A stretch of DNA of 64,000 nt. Origin: Actinomycetota bacterium. GTDB lineage: Bacteria; Actinomycetota; Actinomycetes; JBDIAW01. The translations under genes were made by a program, and so were the position numbers. Each line of letters begins with the position of its first letter. Positions within the stretch are counted from its first letter, which is position 1. Positions 61,067 through 64,000 of this stretch are shown in pieces. The stretch is taken from positions 10,824-74,823 of the forward strand of contig JBDIAW010000004.1 in NCBI GenBank assembly GCA_039812585.1, written 5' to 3'. Below the pieces are notes generated by a model. That model ran no database searches and was not told the origin of the DNA. It worked only from the letters and a program-made list of their open reading frames with translations.

Positions 61067-61185
61067 CCGGGAAAGTGTTGCAGGGCAAGTTTTTTCCTCC
61101 TCATTGCATTGATCGGCTTTGACAGATAACCGATCCCCGTACGATTGAGTCACGAATCGATACGCCTCAAGGCTTCGGAGGATCA

Positions 61186-62376
61186 GTGATGATACGGACG
61201 ACCATGCGCGTGTGGAACTGCTTTTTAGCGCTGATCGTGGTCTCGATCTTCGCGGTAGGTTGCTCCTCCCGGTCTGATCGTCTCGCCGATCAAGTCACTG
61301 TGACCACATCACCTACCTCCACCCCCGCTGTGGTGGCCCCCACGCTCACGGACACCACCAGCACGGCCCCGACTCCAACAACGTCGTCATCGACGCGATC
61401 ATCGACTGCCTCCACGAGCAGAACAACTCCTGCCGCCACTGCCAGTCCCAGCGGAGGTGGCACTTACTATCCCGCCGCTAACCCGCAATTGATCGCCCCA
61501 GCCCGTCGTGTTTATGAGTATCTGCAATCCATCCAGGGCAAGGCGATGTTGGCAGGGCAAGAAGAGCGAGACACCTGCACCAATTGCGAAAGCGAGCGGA
61601 TGCGCAGCATCACCGGCAAACTGCCGGCTGTGCATGGCCACGATCTGGCCGACTACATTGCCGATCCGGTCCCCGAAGCCATCAACGACTGGCGAGTGCG
61701 CCATCAGATTCCCACCTTTAGTTGGCACATGGGTATACCCGGAAAACCTCAGACCTGGGAGAACGTCATCGGAGACGTCGATGTGGCTCAGGTCCTGCAA
61801 CCCGGCACCAGCCTGAATGCCAGCTACATGGGCATGCTGGATAAGATGGCGACCAGGTTAAAACCACTGCAAGACAATCAAATCCCCGTCCTCTTTCGCC
61901 CCCTGCATGAAATGAACGGCGGTTGGTTTTGGTGGAGCACTAACGGCCCCGACGTCTACAAAAAGATGTGGATCCATCTCTACGACTACTTCACTAAAGA
62001 AAAAAAGCTCAATAACCTCATATGGGTGTGGTCATCGGCAGAAAGTGAAGCCCCCAACGCAGCTTGGTATCCGGGCACTCAGTACGTTGATATCGTGGGA
62101 ACTGACACCTATAAGAGCAATAGCAATGAGGACAATTGGAGCTCCATTTACCGTGCCCACAAGAGTTTGGCCCCTACCAAACCCGTGGCACTCACTGAAA
62201 CCGACATCGTGCCTGACCCCGATAAGCTCAAAGCCTCGCAGAATAAGATGCTGTGGTTTTTGCCTTGGTTCGGAGAATACGTTGATGTCAACAGCCCGGA
62301 AAAATTACGCAGCGTTTATCAACATTCGTACATCATTACGGCAGATGAAATGCCAGCGTCCCTCTTTGCTCGTTAG
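61186..62376 (+). CDS. GH26 beta-mannanase-like lipoprotein
   Basis: Lipobox AVGC, S/T linker, RPLHEMNGGWFWW (acid/base Glu), YPG..YVDIVG.D, ALTE (nucleophile). Confidence 0.88.
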   Translation: MMIRTTMRVWNCFLALIVVSIFAVGCSSRSDRLADQVTVTTSPTSTPAVVAPTLTDTTSTAPTPTTSSSTRSSTASTSRTTPAATASPSGGGTYYPAANPQLIAPARRVYEYLQSIQGKAMLAGQEERDTCTNCESERMRSITGKLPAVHGHDLADYIADPVPEAINDWRVRHQIPTFSWHMGIPGKPQTWENVIGDVDVAQVLQPGTSLNASYMGMLDKMATRLKPLQDNQIPVLFRPLHEMNGGWFWWSTNGPDVYKKMWIHLYDYFTKEKKLNNLIWVWSSAESEAPNAAWYPGTQYVDIVGTDTYKSNSNEDNWSSIYRAHKSLAPTKPVALTETDIVPDPDKLKASQNKMLWFLPWFGEYVDVNSPEKLRSVYQHSYIITADEMPASLFAR

Positions 62377-62510
62377 GCCGCATCGTTGCGTAACTCCCGC
62401 TGTTGCGCAACTCCCGCATGAGTCTCTCCCTCTGCTCAAGAGCACGTCACGCCATATCGGGGTGCAGGCGTGACGTGCTCTTGAGATATCGGGGTTTGCA
62501 GGCGTGACGC

Positions 62511-63899
62511 CTATTGAGCAGCCCACAGGTCACGGTAAGCCTTGGAGGCAGCGGGGAAATCTCCCCGCGAAAGGCTGAAACCAGCGATGCGATTGATGTC
62601 ATCTACGACAGCCTCGTAGACCAAAACATCGGCGTTGGCTTGGAAGAAAGCGAACATTTTCTGCACAAAATGGGGGTCGTCGCCTCGGCCAGCGGGGGGC
62701 ATCCCCATCATGTCGACCAACTGCCACTCGGCGAATGATGCTCCCTTACCATGCTGGCGAGCGAAATCCACCACGTCCTGAGCTCCAGGGGCAAGAGCGG
62801 GGCGCAAAGCCTGCTGCCACTCCGCTTCAGAGCCACCGGTAGTGGTCAAGGCATCGGGAAACCAGCATCCCACGATGTCCACCACATCATCACCGGGGTA
62901 CAGCTTGGTCAGCGAATCCAGCCGATCTGTCTGGTCAGGCATAGGCGAGCCACACCCAATGGAGAAGTCAAAGAGCAGACCCGGAGCCACCCCTTTGAGG
63001 ACGTCATGCACGTGACGGTAGGCCTTTTGGTAAGACTGCACTTGTGCTGCGGTGGACGGCGTCCAAGGCCACCCCTCGACATTGGGTTCCCACCCCAGCC
63101 GAATGACCGCCCTGGGCTGACCATTGGCTACAAGGTTGTGGGCGATACCCCTCCACACCGTGTCATGGTCACCAGCTGCGATTGCCTCCCACGATTGCGG
63201 ATCATCTTGAGTAGACAGTGGCAGCAAATAGACCAAACGGCCTTGAAACCCTTCCAGGTAAGCGGGTTGGAATGTCGAGGAAAAATCTCCCAACCCACTC
63301 CACGATTGCCAGTTGCTATATGTGGCAACCACATCGACGGGTCTACCGCGCCACCGACCAAACTCATTAAGCGTTAACGTGTTCGCACTGGGGAAGCCGA
63401 CCGCTACCCCGGAATGCCAAGGCAACCCCGAGGGAGGGGTGCCCAACATCTGAGCCTTAGAGGCAGGCCGCGGGGATTTAACCGAGGTCGCAGAGGTGGT
63501 TACTCCAGGCAATCTCGAGGCAGAGGTCCCCTCACGCCGCGCCGTGGAGTTGGAGCCGGGCGCTAATGCCTGGGCACGAAGAGAAGCGTTCGCCGAGGGC
63601 ATCTGCACCAAGGCCGTAGACAAAGATGGCGTAGCCAAGGCAACCCCGTCGGCAGGCACAGAGGAGGGCTGTGCGCCCGTGCCGGTCAAAAGAGGGGGGG
63701 TCGTGGTCGAGGAACTGACTTGCCCTGCGGCTGAGACTTGAACCGCCGGTGCATGATCGACCGGTTTTGTGGTGCCAGCAGTGACCCACCACACTGCAGC
63801 AACCGTTGCCAGAGCAGCTAAAGCAACTGCAGCAGCGATCCACGTGACATTGCGTCTCTTTAGCACCCTGGGCCTACCTTGCTGAGTAGTGGGGGACAT
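62511..63899 (-). CDS. Membrane-anchored GH26-like (clan GH-A) glycoside hydrolase
   Basis: TM, S/T/P linker, IRLGWEPN, YPGDDVVDIVG, FAEW. Confidence 0.75.
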   Translation of the reverse strand: MSPTTQQGRPRVLKRRNVTWIAAAVALAALATVAAVWWVTAGTTKPVDHAPAVQVSAAGQVSSSTTTPPLLTGTGAQPSSVPADGVALATPSLSTALVQMPSANASLRAQALAPGSNSTARREGTSASRLPGVTTSATSVKSPRPASKAQMLGTPPSGLPWHSGVAVGFPSANTLTLNEFGRWRGRPVDVVATYSNWQSWSGLGDFSSTFQPAYLEGFQGRLVYLLPLSTQDDPQSWEAIAAGDHDTVWRGIAHNLVANGQPRAVIRLGWEPNVEGWPWTPSTAAQVQSYQKAYRHVHDVLKGVAPGLLFDFSIGCGSPMPDQTDRLDSLTKLYPGDDVVDIVGCWFPDALTTTGGSEAEWQQALRPALAPGAQDVVDFARQHGKGASFAEWQLVDMMGMPPAGRGDDPHFVQKMFAFFQANADVLVYEAVVDDINRIAGFSLSRGDFPAASKAYRDLWAAQ

Positions 63900-64000
63900 C
63901 CCCAACGCAGATCTTTGCGACCTACACTAGCCGCGACTTCGGGGCAATAAGGGCAAAACTGGATTGTCCCTTTGTCTGATTCTCCGACCTAGAAATTGAT

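Noticed and set aside
61119-61145. TTGACA...TACGAT housekeeping promoter for the GH26 gene
   Set aside because: The 15-nt spacer is too short to call with confidence

Overview
High-GC actinobacterial chromosome segment (Actinomycetota; lower rank not determinable from this window). The core backbone is radA-disA-mutY, clpC-lsr2-coaX, gpmA, glyA, rsiG-dtd-ygfZ, purA-fbaA-trmH-dedA-clpB-ung, the dnaK-grpE-dnaJ-hspR operon (two HAIR operators), a crcB pair and tRNA-Gly(CCC). Accessory material is interleaved: a mosaic lipoprotein, an orphan HD protein, tandem membrane-protein paralogues, an orphan HicB-like antitoxin, a low-GC lipoprotein/secreted-protein pair with one in-frame TAA, an orphan 3-gene cluster, a tandem duplicated ECF sigma/anti-sigma module and two GH26-type glycosidases beside the tRNA. 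No CRISPR array, rRNA, integrase or transposase was found. Regulatory signals read directly from the sequence: SigR/SigH-type promoters (GGAAY-N18-GTTG) before clpC, clpB and dnaK; the same GAACCT-N16-CGTA motif before both ECF genes; a sigma28/WhiG-type promoter before an RsiG with two intact c-di-GMP motifs; two long perfect palindromes; and three small ORFs missed by the ORF track. All family assignments come from motif recognition by eye; no database searches were run.
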